Shown in pieces: positions 63,306 to 64,000 of a stretch of 64,000 nt of DNA. Below the pieces are notes generated by a model, which was not told where the DNA came from, did no database searches, and was given only the letters and a program-made list of their open reading frames with translations. This stretch comes from Candidatus Gottesmanbacteria bacterium RIFCSPLOWO2_01_FULL_43_11b (GTDB taxonomy: Bacteria > Patescibacteriota > Microgenomatia > UBA10105 > UBA927). Within the stretch, counting starts at the first letter, position 1, and the number at the start of each line of letters is the position of its first letter. The position numbers and the translations under genes were made by a program. The stretch is from positions 158,980-222,979 of the forward strand of contig MFJV01000001.1 of assembly GCA_001780985.1 (NCBI GenBank), read 5' to 3'.

Positions 63306-63605
63306 ATGATAGAATCCATATCTCCATTCAGTAAATCTCAGACTATCGTTGGCGGAAAACTGGGATCGTGCGACTTATATGTCATGAAGCCTGGTGGAGT
63401 GGAAAACAAACACTTCCACAATGGAATTGAAATTGTCCTCGTTCTTAAAGGCAACTGCCAAACACATAAACAGGGGCATGGATATATGTATAGAAAAGGG
63501 CAAATTCACGAAGTAATCAATGACTCAAAAAATGAACTTATTTTTATTTGTCTGACTATCCCCGCAGAATCACAAAAAAACACACACTATATTTCCTCTA
63601 TTTGA
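63306..63605 (+). CDS. cupin-domain protein
   Basis: G..N.HFH....E....LKG and G.IHEV motifs in a 99-aa protein. Confidence 0.7.
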   Translation: MIESISPFSKSQTIVGGKLGSCDLYVMKPGGVENKHFHNGIEIVLVLKGNCQTHKQGHGYMYRKGQIHEVINDSKNELIFICLTIPAESQKNTHYISSI

Positions 63606-63638
63606 TCTTTTTGTCAGTTCGCGCTAAACTCTACACCT

Positions 63639-63986
63639 ATGTCTCCAGAATACCAACGATGGAATCAGGTGCCGGAAGAGTTAAGAGCTCAACTAAAACA
63701 ATTAGCCGCAGCTTCAATTTCCCGACTTATTAATGAAGGTTTTTCTTTTATTGTGAATGGTCATGGCATTAAGATAGAACACGACTTAACACTGTTATCA
63801 GATACACAACGAGCGGATGCACGTAAACAAAATAGCTCTCGACACGTTATGTTGCCGCTTCGTGGTAGTTCGCCGAAAAAAGTAGAAAATCATCCGATAT
63901 TTAATACAGCGCAAGAAACACCATCGTTTAAAACCGGACACAATGTGAAACCCCGAAATCCTTGGCATCGCAGACGAATTATATAA
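63639..63986 (+). CDS. hypothetical protein
   Basis: 115-aa ORF with no motif recognised. Confidence 0.4.
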   Translation: MSPEYQRWNQVPEELRAQLKQLAAASISRLINEGFSFIVNGHGIKIEHDLTLLSDTQRADARKQNSSRHVMLPLRGSSPKKVENHPIFNTAQETPSFKTGHNVKPRNPWHRRRII

Positions 63987-64000
63987 TCAATCCTCTTGAT

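Overview
This window looks like a chromosomal segment of a small-genome bacterium, probably Candidate Phyla Radiation / Patescibacteria (Microgenomates-like). That assignment is inferred from gene content and rRNA architecture, not from a database search. The standard genetic code fits. Most of the window is tightly packed housekeeping genes, mainly on the minus strand: ahcY and an adenosine-kinase-like gene, dnaX, ybeY, rpsU, proS, rseP, frr, tsf, rpsB, glyA, glmS, topA, dprA, mrdA, mreB, def, fmt, rpmB and rpmG. There is a nucleotide-salvage cluster (udk-like, tdk, tmk, dNK, dcd, ThyA-like fusion) and many envelope and glycosylation genes (GT2, GT4, GT39, PAP2, uppP, O-antigen-ligase-like). 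RNA genes are one 16S rRNA with no adjacent 23S, interrupted by two group I introns (one carrying a LAGLIDADG endonuclease), and seven tRNAs. Cis-regulatory RNAs recognised by eye are a T-box leader ahead of csaA-proS and a glmS ribozyme ahead of glmS. The observations I rank highest are listed below.
- A tRNA gene whose anticodon loop holds a 127-nt insert, and that insert contains a complete tRNA-Ile(GAU) inside a perfect 14-bp stem.
- A cohesin/dockerin (cellulosome-like) surface gene cluster at 53.5-58.1 kb.
- A 20-22 bp perfect GC-rich palindrome present in three identical copies. It reads in-frame inside proS and topA and frameshifts msrB.
- A PIN/Phd toxin-antitoxin cassette bracketed by a diverged duplicate of the mrdA 3' end.
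- Heptanucleotide tandem repeats inside two envelope-protein genes.
All protein calls rest on motif recognition in the supplied translations. No searches or folding programs were run.
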